Position numbers and translations under genes: made by a program
In this document: positions 18,120 through 28,028 of the stretch, one piece after another
Numbering within the stretch: position 1 is the first letter of the stretch
How the letters are laid out: every line of letters begins with the position of its first letter
Assembly (NCBI GenBank): GCA_963822965.1
Contig: CAWGJT010000007.1
Location: forward strand, 1 to 64,000
Origin: an uncultured delta proteobacterium
Lineage (GTDB): Bacteria; Myxococcota_A; UBA9160; UBA4427
Direction of reading: 5' to 3'
Length of the DNA: 64,000 nt
Notes under the pieces: model-generated
Seen by the model: the letters and a program-made list of their open reading frames with translations, nothing else
The model's database searches: none
What the model was told of the DNA's origin: nothing

Positions 18120-19538
18120 ATGGCCGAGCACGACGATCGAGCGGGTGGCGCGATCCTCATTTCCTTCCTCGGAGCGCTTGCTGCGTCCGCGGTGACCGTA
18201 CTCGTCTTCGCGGGCTTCGAAGCGCGTGCGGTGCCGAGCTTCGCCCGTCAGACCGGGATGGGCTGCACTGCCTGTCATACGGCCTTCCCACAGCTGACCC
18301 CGTTCGGCCGCACCTTCAAGCTGAATGGCTACACCCTCAGCAACGACCAGAGCCACCTGCCGCCCCTCGCAGTCATGTTCCAGGGCGCTCCCGGCTACAC
18401 GCACACCAACAAGGATCAGTCCAAGGGAGACGTTCCCTCGCGGTTCCACGACAACGACAATGTCTCGTTGAATCAGATCAGTCTCTTCTACGCCGGACGC
18501 CTCTTCGGTCCATACGCGAAGGACGTCTTCGGCGCGCGAGCGGGAGAGGTCCTCGACAAGGTCGGCGTGTTCGCTCAGGGAACCTGGGATGGCGTCGGAC
18601 ACGACTGGGCATGGGACAACATGGAGATCCGGGCCGCCCAGGCCACGTCGATCGCCGGGAAGAGCGTCGTGTTGGGAGCGTACGCGAACAACAACCCGAC
18701 GCTCCAGGACCTCTGGAATACCACCCCGGCCTGGGGATTCCCGTTCTCGGGCTCGGGCCTCGCCCCGGCGCCGGACGCGGCCCCGCTGCTCGCCGGTGGC
18801 GTATCGCAGCAGGTGCTGGGGTTCGGCGGCTATGGCATGGTCGCGAACCTGCTCTATCTGGAGATGGGCGGCTACTCCACGCTGTCTGCGTCGGCGCAGG
18901 ACGATCTCGGCGTCGATCCCGAAGGCGAGACGGAGATCGACGGGTTGGCTCCCTACTGGCGGGTCGCTCTGGAGGAGACGTGGGGCGAGCACCAGGTGGA
19001 GCTGGGGACCTACGGGCTCTATGCGCAGACCTTCCCGGGGCGGGACGCCAGCGCCGGCCACGATCACCTCACGGACGCCGGAATCGACCTGCAGTACCAA
19101 TGGCTCTCCACGCTGAACGACGTGACGCTGCTGGTCGACTGGCTCTACGAACACCAGGATCTGTCGGCGAGTCGGCAGCTCGACGTGTCGCGGAATGGAT
19201 CGAACGACCTCTGGAGCGCGTCGGTCACCGGTTCGTACCTCTTCGACAAGACCTACGGGATCGACGTTCAATACTTCCAGACTGGCGGGAACGGGGACGA
19301 TCTCCTCTATGACAGCCGAACGGGTCGGCCCGACAGCCGCGGTTGGGTCTTCCAGCTCGACTACCTCCCCCTCAACAAGGGAGGAGGGCCCGCCTTCTGG
19401 CCTCGTAGCAACGTGAAGCTTTCGCTTCAGTACACGGTATATCAGCAGTTCAATGGCTCGCGGAAGAACTTCGACGGGGCGGGGCGAGATGCGGAGGACA
19501 ACGACACCCTGTATCTGCAAGCGTGGATTGCCTTCTAG
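18120..19538 (+). CDS. Cyc2-like monoheme cytochrome c / outer-membrane beta-barrel fusion
   Basis: GGAGG RBS; VPSFARQTGMGCTACHTAFPQLTPFGRTFKLNGY; amphipathic strands; C-terminal YLQAWIAF beta-signal. Confidence 0.85.
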   Translation: MAEHDDRAGGAILISFLGALAASAVTVLVFAGFEARAVPSFARQTGMGCTACHTAFPQLTPFGRTFKLNGYTLSNDQSHLPPLAVMFQGAPGYTHTNKDQSKGDVPSRFHDNDNVSLNQISLFYAGRLFGPYAKDVFGARAGEVLDKVGVFAQGTWDGVGHDWAWDNMEIRAAQATSIAGKSVVLGAYANNNPTLQDLWNTTPAWGFPFSGSGLAPAPDAAPLLAGGVSQQVLGFGGYGMVANLLYLEMGGYSTLSASAQDDLGVDPEGETEIDGLAPYWRVALEETWGEHQVELGTYGLYAQTFPGRDASAGHDHLTDAGIDLQYQWLSTLNDVTLLVDWLYEHQDLSASRQLDVSRNGSNDLWSASVTGSYLFDKTYGIDVQYFQTGGNGDDLLYDSRTGRPDSRGWVFQLDYLPLNKGGGPAFWPRSNVKLSLQYTVYQQFNGSRKNFDGAGRDAEDNDTLYLQAWIAF

Positions 19539-19642
19539 CCCCAATTCGTCGTCGAGAGGACCGCACTGAAGGCGCCGTTTTCGCCCCCCGCCGCAACGCG
19601 CCCTGGTTGCCCCAGCCGGCGCCCGGTGGCACCGTAGGCGCG

Positions 19643-20524
19643 ATGCCCTGGTTCAGCTATCACGGTGGCCACAGCGGCCAGTTCTGCGGCCACGCGAAGG
19701 ATCGGCTCGAGGACATCGTGCTCCGAGCGATCGAGCTCGGCTTCACCCACTACGGACTCTCGGAGCACAGCCCGAGGTTCTCGTCGGCCGAGCTGTACCC
19801 CGAAGAGGTTGCCGGCGGCGTCGAAGCGCTCCAGCGGATGTTTCGCGAGTACGTGACGGAAGCCCGAACGCTCCAGGAGCGCCATTCCGATCGTATCCAG
19901 ATCTTCGTCGGGTACGAGACCGAAAAGCTGCCGCAACAGGATTGGAAGAACGTCATGCTCGGGCTCCGGGAGGAGCACGGCTTCGACTACTGCGTCGGCA
20001 GTGTCCATGATCTCGGGGGCCGCTGGGTGGACTTCAGCGAGGAGGAGAGCGCGGCGATCGCCTCGTCACGAGGCGGTCGGGATCGGATGCAGGCCGACTA
20101 TTTCGATTCGCTTGCGGAGCTCGTCGAAGCGATCGCGCCCGAAGTGGTGGGTCACATCGATCTCGTTCGGAAATTCGACGGCATGGACGCCGGGTTCTCA
20201 CCCGAAGTCTTCAGGCACATCGAGCGGACCCTCGAGGCGATCGCGGCGACGGGATCGAGGCTCGACGTAAACTGCGGCGCGTTTCGGCGCGGCCTGAGCC
20301 CGATCTATCCACTGCCCGAGATCCTCGTGAGAGCCCGCGCGTTGGGGATCGGCGTGACGCTCGGGGACGATGGGCATGGGGTGGCGACGGTGGGTGTCGG
20401 ACTCGACGAGTCGATGCGCGTGATCGCTGCGGCGGGCTACGACGCGGTCGATCACCTGGTCCGGCTCGATGGCGAGGTCGTTTGGGAGAGCGCGCCGATC
20501 GAGACGGTCGTCCCCGCGCGCTGA
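19643..20524 (+). CDS. Histidinol-phosphatase, HisJ/PHP family
   Basis: [47 protein letters not shown]. Confidence 0.85.
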   Translation: MPWFSYHGGHSGQFCGHAKDRLEDIVLRAIELGFTHYGLSEHSPRFSSAELYPEEVAGGVEALQRMFREYVTEARTLQERHSDRIQIFVGYETEKLPQQDWKNVMLGLREEHGFDYCVGSVHDLGGRWVDFSEEESAAIASSRGGRDRMQADYFDSLAELVEAIAPEVVGHIDLVRKFDGMDAGFSPEVFRHIERTLEAIAATGSRLDVNCGAFRRGLSPIYPLPEILVRARALGIGVTLGDDGHGVATVGVGLDESMRVIAAAGYDAVDHLVRLDGEVVWESAPIETVVPAR

Positions 20525-20709
20525 GCCCTGGAACCCATCCCATCGATGCGACGCGCCGGACCATTCACCCCCGTCCGGGTTTTCTGCTCGCCGGCCGGAC
20601 GGCGGCCGCGGTTGGCGGGAGAGCGGGGATCCGGCGGGGCTTGCCGAGATTGCCCCGAATCCGCACATTCCCGGACGTCGTCGTTCCCCGCCCCGAATCA
20701 GGATTCCCG

Positions 20710-20886
<177 letters not shown>

Positions 20887-20973
20887 CCCTGATCCGTCAT
20901 GCGGATCAGGGCGCAACTCCCAATGCCGCCCGAATCTCTGCGTTTTCTCGGTCCGTGCCGCGATCCGAGCCCG
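20887..20973 (+). repeat. Dispersed MITE-like repeat starting at a CTAG
   Basis: Hairpin GCCCTGATCCG..CGGATCAGGGC; ~80 bp similar to 35515-35595 (reverse strand); left end matches 52729. Confidence 0.65.
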
Positions 20974-21065
20974 GCACCGGGCGGTCACTCGCATGAGATG
21001 CGCTCGGAGGCGGACGTTCGCCGCGGGACACGCCGAGGCGGCTCAGCGGGGACACTCGCCTGGTA

Positions 21066-24000
21066 CTACGGGCGCTTCTCACCCGAGAGCCGTTCGCGAC
21101 TGTGATGCACGGCGAATCCGGTCGCTACGAGCATGAGCCCGATCAGGAGCTGGGTCCAGGGTCCGGCCGCCGGCACCTTCGGGCATGCGGCCCGGTCGGG
21201 CACGCAGGCGTTCAGGTTCGCGGGATCTTCCTGGTCCGGCGTGCCGTCCGCATCGGCGTCGGCCAGTGCCGACTCGAGGTAGTCGGGCGTGCCGTCGCCG
21301 TCGCTGTCGGTGAGCTGGCCCTCGGTGAAGTCGCTGGCGCCGTCGCCGTCGCTGTCCTGGGGGCAGGCGGCGACGAAGACAACGGGCGCACAGGCGTCGG
21401 CGTCGGCCGGATCTTCCTGGTCCGGCGTGCCGTCCGCATCGGCGTCGGCCAGTGCCGACTCGAGGTAGTCGGGCGTGCCGTCGCCGTCGCTGTCGGTGAG
21501 CTGGCCCTCGGTGAAGTCGCTGGCGCCGTCGCCGTCGCTGTCCTGGGGGCAGGCGGCGACGAAGACAACGGGCGCACAGGCGTCGGCGTCGGCCGGATCT
21601 TCCTGGTCCGGCGTGCCGTCCGCATCGGCGTCGGCCAGTGCCGACTCGAGGTAGTCGGGCGTGCCGTCGCCGTCGCTGTCGGTGAGCTGGCCCTCGGTGA
21701 AGTCGCTGGCGCCGTCGCCGTCGCTGTCCTGGGGGCAGGCGGCGACGAAGACAACGGGCGCACAGGCGTCGGCGTCGGCCGGATCGGCCTGGTCCGGCGT
21801 GCCGTCCGCATCCGCGTCGGTCAGCGCCGACTCGAGGTAGTCGGGCGTGCCGTCGCCGTCGCTGTCGGTGAGCTGGCCCTCGGTGAAGTCGCTGGTGCCG
21901 TCGCCGTCGGAGTCCTGGGGGCAGGCGGCGACGAAGACAACGGGCGCACAGGCGTCGGCGTCGGCCGGATCGGCCTGGTCCGGCGTGCCGTCCGCATCCG
22001 CGTCGGTCAGCGCCGACTCGAGGTAGTCGGGCGTGCCGTCGCCGTCGCTGTCGGTGAGCTGGCCCTCGGTGAAGTCGCTGGTGCCATCGCCGTCGGAGTC
22101 CTGGGGGCAGGCGGCGACGAAGACGGCGGGCACGCAGGGGTTCGCGTTGGCCGGATCGAGCTGATCCGAAAGCCCGTCGAGATCTGCGTCTGCGATCGCC
22201 GACTCGAGGTAGTCGGGCGCGCCGTCGCCGTCGCTGTCCGCGACCTCGCCCTCGGCGAAGTCGGCGCTGCCGTCGCCGTCGCTGTCCTGGGTACAGACCG
22301 CGACGAAGGCCGTCGGCAGGCACGGGTCCGCGGGAGCGGGATCGACCACGTTGGTCGTCCCGTCGCCGTCGCCGTCCTCGAAGCCGACCAGATCGCCGGA
22401 CTCCGCCTCGCGCAGAAAGCTCGCGAGCTCGGCCACCGTCGATCCGGGGAGGCTCGCAAAGGCGTCGTGGGCGGTGATGGCGGCTTCCAGGGTCTGCGCC
22501 TCACCGTCGTGGAGGTAGGGCGGGCTCTCCCAGGCACCGAGGAGGCCCGGCGAGTCGAATCCGTCGAGTGGACCGCCCAGGCGCTGGCCGCTGGCCGCGT
22601 CGATCGTTCCGATGTCGTGCCGCACACCGAGGGGCGAGTCCGTCAGGTGCGTGAGCGTATGGCAGCCCAGGCAGCCCTGTTCCGCGAAGTCGACCTGCCC
22701 GGCCTGGGCGGTGGAGCTCAGCGCCACGGGACTCGGGCGAACCGGGCTCTCGGGCGCTTGCGCGAGCGACGTGACGTACGCGGCGAGCGCGTCGAGATCC
22801 GGGCTCAGTCCGGCCTTGGGAGCGCCCAGCGGATCGGCGGTCGCGGCGTACTCGGACGGCGTGAGGAAGCCGGAGCCCCAGTTGAGCAGGCGGATCTGCT
22901 TCTCGAAGTCCTGGATCTCGTCGAAGTTGCCCGACCAGTGCAGCAGCCCGTGGCCGTTCCCCTTGCCGCGCAGCGAGATCGTGTTCCGCAGGCCTTCGCC
23001 GAACTGGCTCAGGTCCCACACCCGGCCGTCGCTGTCGCCGTCGCGGTGGCAGGAGGCACAGCTGATGTAGTTGTCGAGTGCCAGGCGATCGTCCGCCGCG
23101 TCGTAGAAGTGCTGCTTGCCAATCAGGACCGTCGGGGGGAGTGCCTCGACCGACACCACGTCGACCGGAGGCAGCAGATGCGTCGCCGGAAGATTCGTCT
23201 GGAGCATCTCCGTCAGGTCGAAGCGCGAGATGCTGCGGTCGAGGAAGTTGTGCACGTAGGCCCGACTGCCGTCGCTCGAGAGCGCCACGCTCTGGGGCGC
23301 CCGGCCCGTCGGCAGGCGCATCAGCTGGTAGCCGTTCTGGACGTCGTAGACCGCGAGCTCGCGGCTCGTCTGCAGGGTGCTGAAGAGATAGCGATCGTCG
23401 CCGCTCAGGGCCGCGCCGGTGGCGACGCTCGAGTTGTCGTGGTCCACGCGGAAGAACGGATCCTCGAGCTCCGTCGAGAGATCGATGCGGGAGGTGTTCG
23501 CGCGCACCGTCGATTCGAAGGTCATGCCCGGGATCCCCCGCAGCAGCCCGGTTTGGATGTTGTCCTTCTTGGTGGGCACGTAGGCGAAGAGATCGTCGAA
23601 GCTGACGACCGCCGCCCCGAGGTAGTTGGGCAGTCCGGGACCCTGGACCTCGGACTGCGTCCGACCGTCGTGGGGCAGGCCGATGGTCCCGACCAGGGTG
23701 AGCGTGGCGGGGTCGACGGTGAAGATCTGGCCGGCCCCGTTCGCGACGTCGGGGGCGAGCGTATGCTCGTCCGGAACCGGTGGCGTCACGAAGTTGCTGA
23801 CGAAGAGGCGCGAGTCGTCGTAACGCATCGAGACGTCCCGCGGTCGGCCGCTGAGCGTCAGGCTGCCCACCAGGCTGTCATCGATCGCAAGGCGCTTCTC
23901 GAGCGTGGCGAGCGCCTCGAGGACGACGAAGTAGTGGACGCCGTCTCCGCTGAACACGATGCCGTGGGGCTGCGCACCGCGGGGCAGGGCGAAGCTGTGA

Positions 24001-27000
24001 TCGACCGCGAGCAGGGCGGTGTCGATCACCGTGATCGTCGAGGACCCCTTGTTGGTGACGAAGACGCGATTCGCCCCCGGCTGCTTGGCGAGCGACCACG
24101 GCTGGTCGCCGACGGGGATCTCGGCCAGCAGGCTGCCCGCCTCGTCGATGACCGACACGGTGTCGTTGTCGGGATTCACGTTCCAGATGCGGTCGGCGAG
24201 GCTGCTGTCCTCGACGATCAGCGTGGTCGAGTGCCGCGGTGGCTCGGGCAGGGGTGTCACCGGGCTCAGGTCGTTCAGGGGAATCTGGGAGATCTCGACC
24301 TGGCGCGCGGTCGGGGTCGGGAAGTCCCCGCCCGTCCGGTCGTCCAGGATCACCCAGTTCACGCCGTCCTCGCTTCCCTCGAAGTACCACTGGACGGGGT
24401 CTCGGCTCGAGGTGTCGCCGGCCGTGGTGATCGTGTAGAAGTCGATCTCCACGTTCGCACCCATGTCGTACACGAGCGGCTGGCGGTTGTAGTCGCGCCA
24501 CTTGGTGTTCGTCTTCGCGTCGTCGGCCCGTCCCGCCGACTCGTCTCCCGAGTTGTTGCCACCGGGATTCGCGACGCCGAAGGCGTGGATGCGGGTCGCG
24601 GCCTGGTAGAGCGAGAGCTCGGCCAGCTGGATCGAGTCCGCGCCCGCGTCGTCGCGGAGCTTCGTCGCCCGGAATCGGTAGTAGCGATAGCCGGGGAAGA
24701 CCGTCGGGATGAGGCGGGCGTCGGCCCAGTCCCCGTGGTCGCCGCAGGGATCGCCGTCGTCGAAGACCTTCAGGGTGAGGAGCTGCGCGCCGGCCACGTC
24801 GAGGTCGACCACCTCGGTCGGCGTCGTGTCCACGAAGCTCCCGCTCGCGTAGACGTTGACGGAGTCGACGTCCACCTCGAAGCTGACGTCGCCGCATTGC
24901 CCGTCGCGCTCGTCGTCGAGCCCGATGCGGGAGAGGAAGCGGTCGTAGAGGCCGTCGAGCGGGACGTCGATCTTCGAGTAGGCGTGGACGCCGACCCCCT
25001 TCGCGTAGACCTGGCCGTCCAGGCTGATCGGGCCGCCGTCTCCGGCGCCGCTCTCCCCGTTGCTGCGATCCCGCTCCGCGGGCCCGAGGCCGTTCTGCTC
25101 GGAGCTCCACACGAGGTCCGACACGTAGACGCCGCCCTCGGGCTCGGGCGCGGCCACGGATTCGCGCGTCACCTGGACCAGCTCGGCGACGGAAGGCGTC
25201 CCGTCGGCGTCCAGGGCGAAGAGCCAGTAGTTGCCCACGATCAGGATGTTCGGGTTGGCGGGAAAGGTGACCGTGAAGGTGCCGTCCTGGTTGTCGAGGG
25301 AGGACAGGGGCAGGAAGCGCTGGTCGGTGTTCAGGTGGTGCGTCGAGGCGGAGAGCCGAACGATCGAGAAGGAGGTCGTGTCCGGGCTCGCGGCCACGAC
25401 CAGGTCGTCGCCGGCATGTACGCTGGTGCCGGGGGGCAGCGAGAGGGTGGGGCGGATCGCCGGGGTGTCGTCGCTCTCGAACAGGTAGGGCGGCGAGTAG
25501 ATCTGTCCGTCGAGGTGGTTCGCGCTGCAGCCCGCACCGCAGGCTCCACCGCCGGCGGAGAGAACGCGGGCGTCCTGGAGGAGCACCGCCGTGGAGTGGT
25601 AGTTGCGCGGGATCGTGATGCTGTCGACGACGGTCCAGGTGTCCGTCGCCGGGTCGTAGATCTCCGCCGGCAGCACCGAGCCCTCGTCGCTGAAGATCTT
25701 CGCGACGGTGTTCCCGCCGATCACGAGCACCTTGCCATCCGGCAGCACCACGGAGTTGCTGAGCGCGCGGGGGAAGTTCATGGGCGCGCCGCTCGTCAGG
25801 ACGGGCGCCGGGCCGTTCAGGTCGATCCGGTAGACGTTGTTGACGCTCGTCGGCGGGTCCGCACGCCGGTCGCCCCCGCCGATCAGCAGCAGCTTGCCGG
25901 CGTCGTAGTTCACCGCGTTGCCGTACATCCGCGCGGTGTCGCCGATGGGTTGGCCGAGCACGACGTTCGGCGCGCCGCCGATGGGGTCGAAGCGATGCCA
26001 GGTCTGGGTGGGCCCCGCCATCATGAGGTCGCCCTGAGGAGCGACCGTCAGATGCGACCACCATTCGTGGTTGAACGCGCCCGTCGGGTTCGGGGCCGAC
26101 TGGATGGCGTTCTGTTCGTCCACGAGCGTCTGCATGTTCACGTTGGGGGTGGCGGTCCAGGTGTTGGTCGCCGGGTCGTAGAGCTCGGAGCGGTTGCCCG
26201 CGTCCTTTCCGAAGCTCGAGAACACCCGGTTGTCGGGCATGGTCACGTTCGTGGCGTACCAGCGCTTGTCGATCATGTCGGCGCGAGGCGACCAGGTCAG
26301 GGTCGTCGGGTCGAAGCTCGAGGTGCGGCGATCGCTCGGGTTGCCGCCGGAAGCGAGGACGGTGCCGTCCTCGAGCGTCGAGACCCCCGCACAGAACATG
26401 TCGTGGAAGTTGCTGTCGGCGTTGACGAAGGTCAGCGAGACGGGGTCGAAGACCGACGCGTGCGTGAAGGTGGGGCCGCTCGGGAAGGCGTTGGTCTCGG
26501 TCGAGGACCAGGACAGGACGCGACCGTCGGGCAGGTTGGCGATGGAGATCGCGATGTGGGGCCACTGGATCACCGGGCCCCACTTCCCGAAGGTGGACTC
26601 GTTCGAGCTGTTGTAGACGAGCTGGCCGTTCGAGGGGATGGGGTCGAAGCTCGGGTTGCCCGTCCGGTAGCCGACGTCGAGGACCTGACCGCCCCCCTTC
26701 TCGAAGAACTCGACCCGCAGGGTGTGCAGTCCCGCGGCCAGGGTCGTGAGGTTCGCGACCGAGCGGGGCGCGTGCAGCCCGTCGTTGTCGACGACGACGT
26801 TGCCGTCGATGTAGAGGATCGAGCCGTCGTCCGAGTTCGTGTAGAACTCGTAGTCCCCGGACGTGGGGACGTCGATCTGGATCGTGAACACGAGCCCGAA
26901 GGTCTCGGTCTGGGAGGTCACCGAGAGGGAGATGACCGGGGAGGTTCCCGTCGCGATGGGCGAGAGCGACCCGAAGTCCGGGAGGAAGTCGAAGCTGCCG

Positions 27001-27137
27001 TCGTATACCGCGAAGGTGAAGTCGGCGGACGCCCGAGGCGCCCAGCCGAGGAGCGTGCAGGCGAGCGAGAGCGTCAGGACGAGGCGGACGCATCGCGGGA
27101 GGGACGAGAGGTGCGAGGGCGGGGGGGGGTGGTGCAC
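21066..27137 (-). CDS. Multidomain surface protein: PA14 + galactose-oxidase-like (AA5) + NPCBM + F5/8-like + YncE propeller + di-heme cytochrome c peroxidase-like + Ca-binding repeats + sorting signal
   Basis: GGAG then GTG at 27137; SDDGS..DNDGLH; HDMFCAG, RWYAT, RNYHS, STHHLNTDQR; KGVGVHA; CASCH, CLGCH, PYLHDG; DSDGDG repeats; VP..W + TM + basic tail. Confidence 0.9.
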   Translation of the reverse strand: MHHPPPPSHLSSLPRCVRLVLTLSLACTLLGWAPRASADFTFAVYDGSFDFLPDFGSLSPIATGTSPVISLSVTSQTETFGLVFTIQIDVPTSGDYEFYTNSDDGSILYIDGNVVVDNDGLHAPRSVANLTTLAAGLHTLRVEFFEKGGGQVLDVGYRTGNPSFDPIPSNGQLVYNSSNESTFGKWGPVIQWPHIAISIANLPDGRVLSWSSTETNAFPSGPTFTHASVFDPVSLTFVNADSNFHDMFCAGVSTLEDGTVLASGGNPSDRRTSSFDPTTLTWSPRADMIDKRWYATNVTMPDNRVFSSFGKDAGNRSELYDPATNTWTATPNVNMQTLVDEQNAIQSAPNPTGAFNHEWWSHLTVAPQGDLMMAGPTQTWHRFDPIGGAPNVVLGQPIGDTARMYGNAVNYDAGKLLLIGGGDRRADPPTSVNNVYRIDLNGPAPVLTSGAPMNFPRALSNSVVLPDGKVLVIGGNTVAKIFSDEGSVLPAEIYDPATDTWTVVDSITIPRNYHSTAVLLQDARVLSAGGGACGAGCSANHLDGQIYSPPYLFESDDTPAIRPTLSLPPGTSVHAGDDLVVAASPDTTSFSIVRLSASTHHLNTDQRFLPLSSLDNQDGTFTVTFPANPNILIVGNYWLFALDADGTPSVAELVQVTRESVAAPEPEGGVYVSDLVWSSEQNGLGPAERDRSNGESGAGDGGPISLDGQVYAKGVGVHAYSKIDVPLDGLYDRFLSRIGLDDERDGQCGDVSFEVDVDSVNVYASGSFVDTTPTEVVDLDVAGAQLLTLKVFDDGDPCGDHGDWADARLIPTVFPGYRYYRFRATKLRDDAGADSIQLAELSLYQAATRIHAFGVANPGGNNSGDESAGRADDAKTNTKWRDYNRQPLVYDMGANVEIDFYTITTAGDTSSRDPVQWYFEGSEDGVNWVILDDRTGGDFPTPTARQVEISQIPLNDLSPVTPLPEPPRHSTTLIVEDSSLADRIWNVNPDNDTVSVIDEAGSLLAEIPVGDQPWSLAKQPGANRVFVTNKGSSTITVIDTALLAVDHSFALPRGAQPHGIVFSGDGVHYFVVLEALATLEKRLAIDDSLVGSLTLSGRPRDVSMRYDDSRLFVSNFVTPPVPDEHTLAPDVANGAGQIFTVDPATLTLVGTIGLPHDGRTQSEVQGPGLPNYLGAAVVSFDDLFAYVPTKKDNIQTGLLRGIPGMTFESTVRANTSRIDLSTELEDPFFRVDHDNSSVATGAALSGDDRYLFSTLQTSRELAVYDVQNGYQLMRLPTGRAPQSVALSSDGSRAYVHNFLDRSISRFDLTEMLQTNLPATHLLPPVDVVSVEALPPTVLIGKQHFYDAADDRLALDNYISCASCHRDGDSDGRVWDLSQFGEGLRNTISLRGKGNGHGLLHWSGNFDEIQDFEKQIRLLNWGSGFLTPSEYAATADPLGAPKAGLSPDLDALAAYVTSLAQAPESPVRPSPVALSSTAQAGQVDFAEQGCLGCHTLTHLTDSPLGVRHDIGTIDAASGQRLGGPLDGFDSPGLLGAWESPPYLHDGEAQTLEAAITAHDAFASLPGSTVAELASFLREAESGDLVGFEDGDGDGTTNVVDPAPADPCLPTAFVAVCTQDSDGDGSADFAEGEVADSDGDGAPDYLESAIADADLDGLSDQLDPANANPCVPAVFVAACPQDSDGDGTSDFTEGQLTDSDGDGTPDYLESALTDADADGTPDQADPADADACAPVVFVAACPQDSDGDGTSDFTEGQLTDSDGDGTPDYLESALTDADADGTPDQADPADADACAPVVFVAACPQDSDGDGASDFTEGQLTDSDGDGTPDYLESALADADADGTPDQEDPADADACAPVVFVAACPQDSDGDGASDFTEGQLTDSDGDGTPDYLESALADADADGTPDQEDPADADACAPVVFVAACPQDSDGDGASDFTEGQLTDSDGDGTPDYLESALADADADGTPDQEDPANLNACVPDRAACPKVPAAGPWTQLLIGLMLVATGFAVHHSRERLSGEKRP
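21195..22390 (-). repeat. Intragenic 186-bp (62-aa) tandem repeat, ~6 units
   Basis: Register points at 21225, 21411, 21597, 21783, 21969, 22155, 22341; unit CPQDSDGDG.SDFTEGQLTDSDGDGTPDYLESAL.DADADGTPDQ.DPADADACAPVVFVAA. Confidence 0.95.
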
Positions 27138-27497
27138 CGGGCACTCCAGCGGCAGCGCCGCGCACCGTCGGTTGCCCGTCCCCGACCAACGGGGAAGGCG
27201 CCCGAGAATCACGCGGCAGATCGGACTCTTCCGGGCCGAGCTGCTTCGCGGTGACCTCGAGCGTCGACTCCGGGAAGGAGCGACCCCGTACCCGCCGATC
27301 GCGGCTCTGTGACCCTGATGCGTAGGTAGCCCTGCGAGAACTTATGTGTCGGCGTTTGATGGGAATTCCCCTACGAAGTCGGGTCGGACCCCACCGATTC
27401 CGCAGTCCTCGCCCCGACGGTCCGGGGCCGGTAGGACGCCGCCGACAGGAATTCTCGCTCCACCTGGCGGCACCGGCGTCCGACGTACTCCTTTGAC

Positions 27498-28028
27498 ATG
27501 CCCCTCAACACGCCCCCGACGTCCTCACGAACACGCACCCAGCTCGCGCCCGGAGCCGACCCGCGCCGAGCGGCGCGCCGGGTCCTCGCGGGCCTGGCCG
27601 TCGCGGTCCTGGCCTGGGGGTGCGACTCCGGCCCCGGCCAACCGGCACCTGCGGCCCCTTCCGACCGATCCGTACGCGAGTCGCAGCCTCTCCTCCTCGA
27701 AGGCCTGACCGAAGGCGGGCACTACCGGATCCGCGCCCGGCCGGCGCTGTCGCCGGTGGCCCTTCACCAGATGCACGACTGGATCGTGGGGATCGAGCTG
27801 ACCGGGCCCTCGTCGGAGGTCCCGACGGCGCTGCGCTTCGACGGTGGCATGCCCGCCCACGGACATGGATTCGTGACGCGTCCTCGCGTCACCCGGAACC
27901 TCGGCGGCGGCGAGTTCCTCGTCGAAGGGGTCAAGTTCCACATGCCGGGCGTCTGGGTCCTGCAGATCACGGTGGTCGGCCGCACCGGGAGCGATCGGGT
28001 CACCCTGCCGTTGACGATCGACCCGTGA
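27498..28028 (+). CDS. FixH/YtkA-like lipoprotein
   Basis: Lipobox LAWGC; FDGGMPAHGHG..VEGVKFHMPGVW. Confidence 0.8.
   Translation: MPLNTPPTSSRTRTQLAPGADPRRAARRVLAGLAVAVLAWGCDSGPGQPAPAAPSDRSVRESQPLLLEGLTEGGHYRIRARPALSPVALHQMHDWIVGIELTGPSSEVPTALRFDGGMPAHGHGFVTRPRVTRNLGGGEFLVEGVKFHMPGVWVLQITVVGRTGSDRVTLPLTIDP

Noticed and set aside
21102..27254. 2050-aa + strand ORF and other long antisense ORFs (e.g. 2277-4760, 11681-14002, 14564-16966, 29508-31664)
   Set aside because: Shadow ORFs expected opposite real genes in high-GC DNA; no motifs of their own
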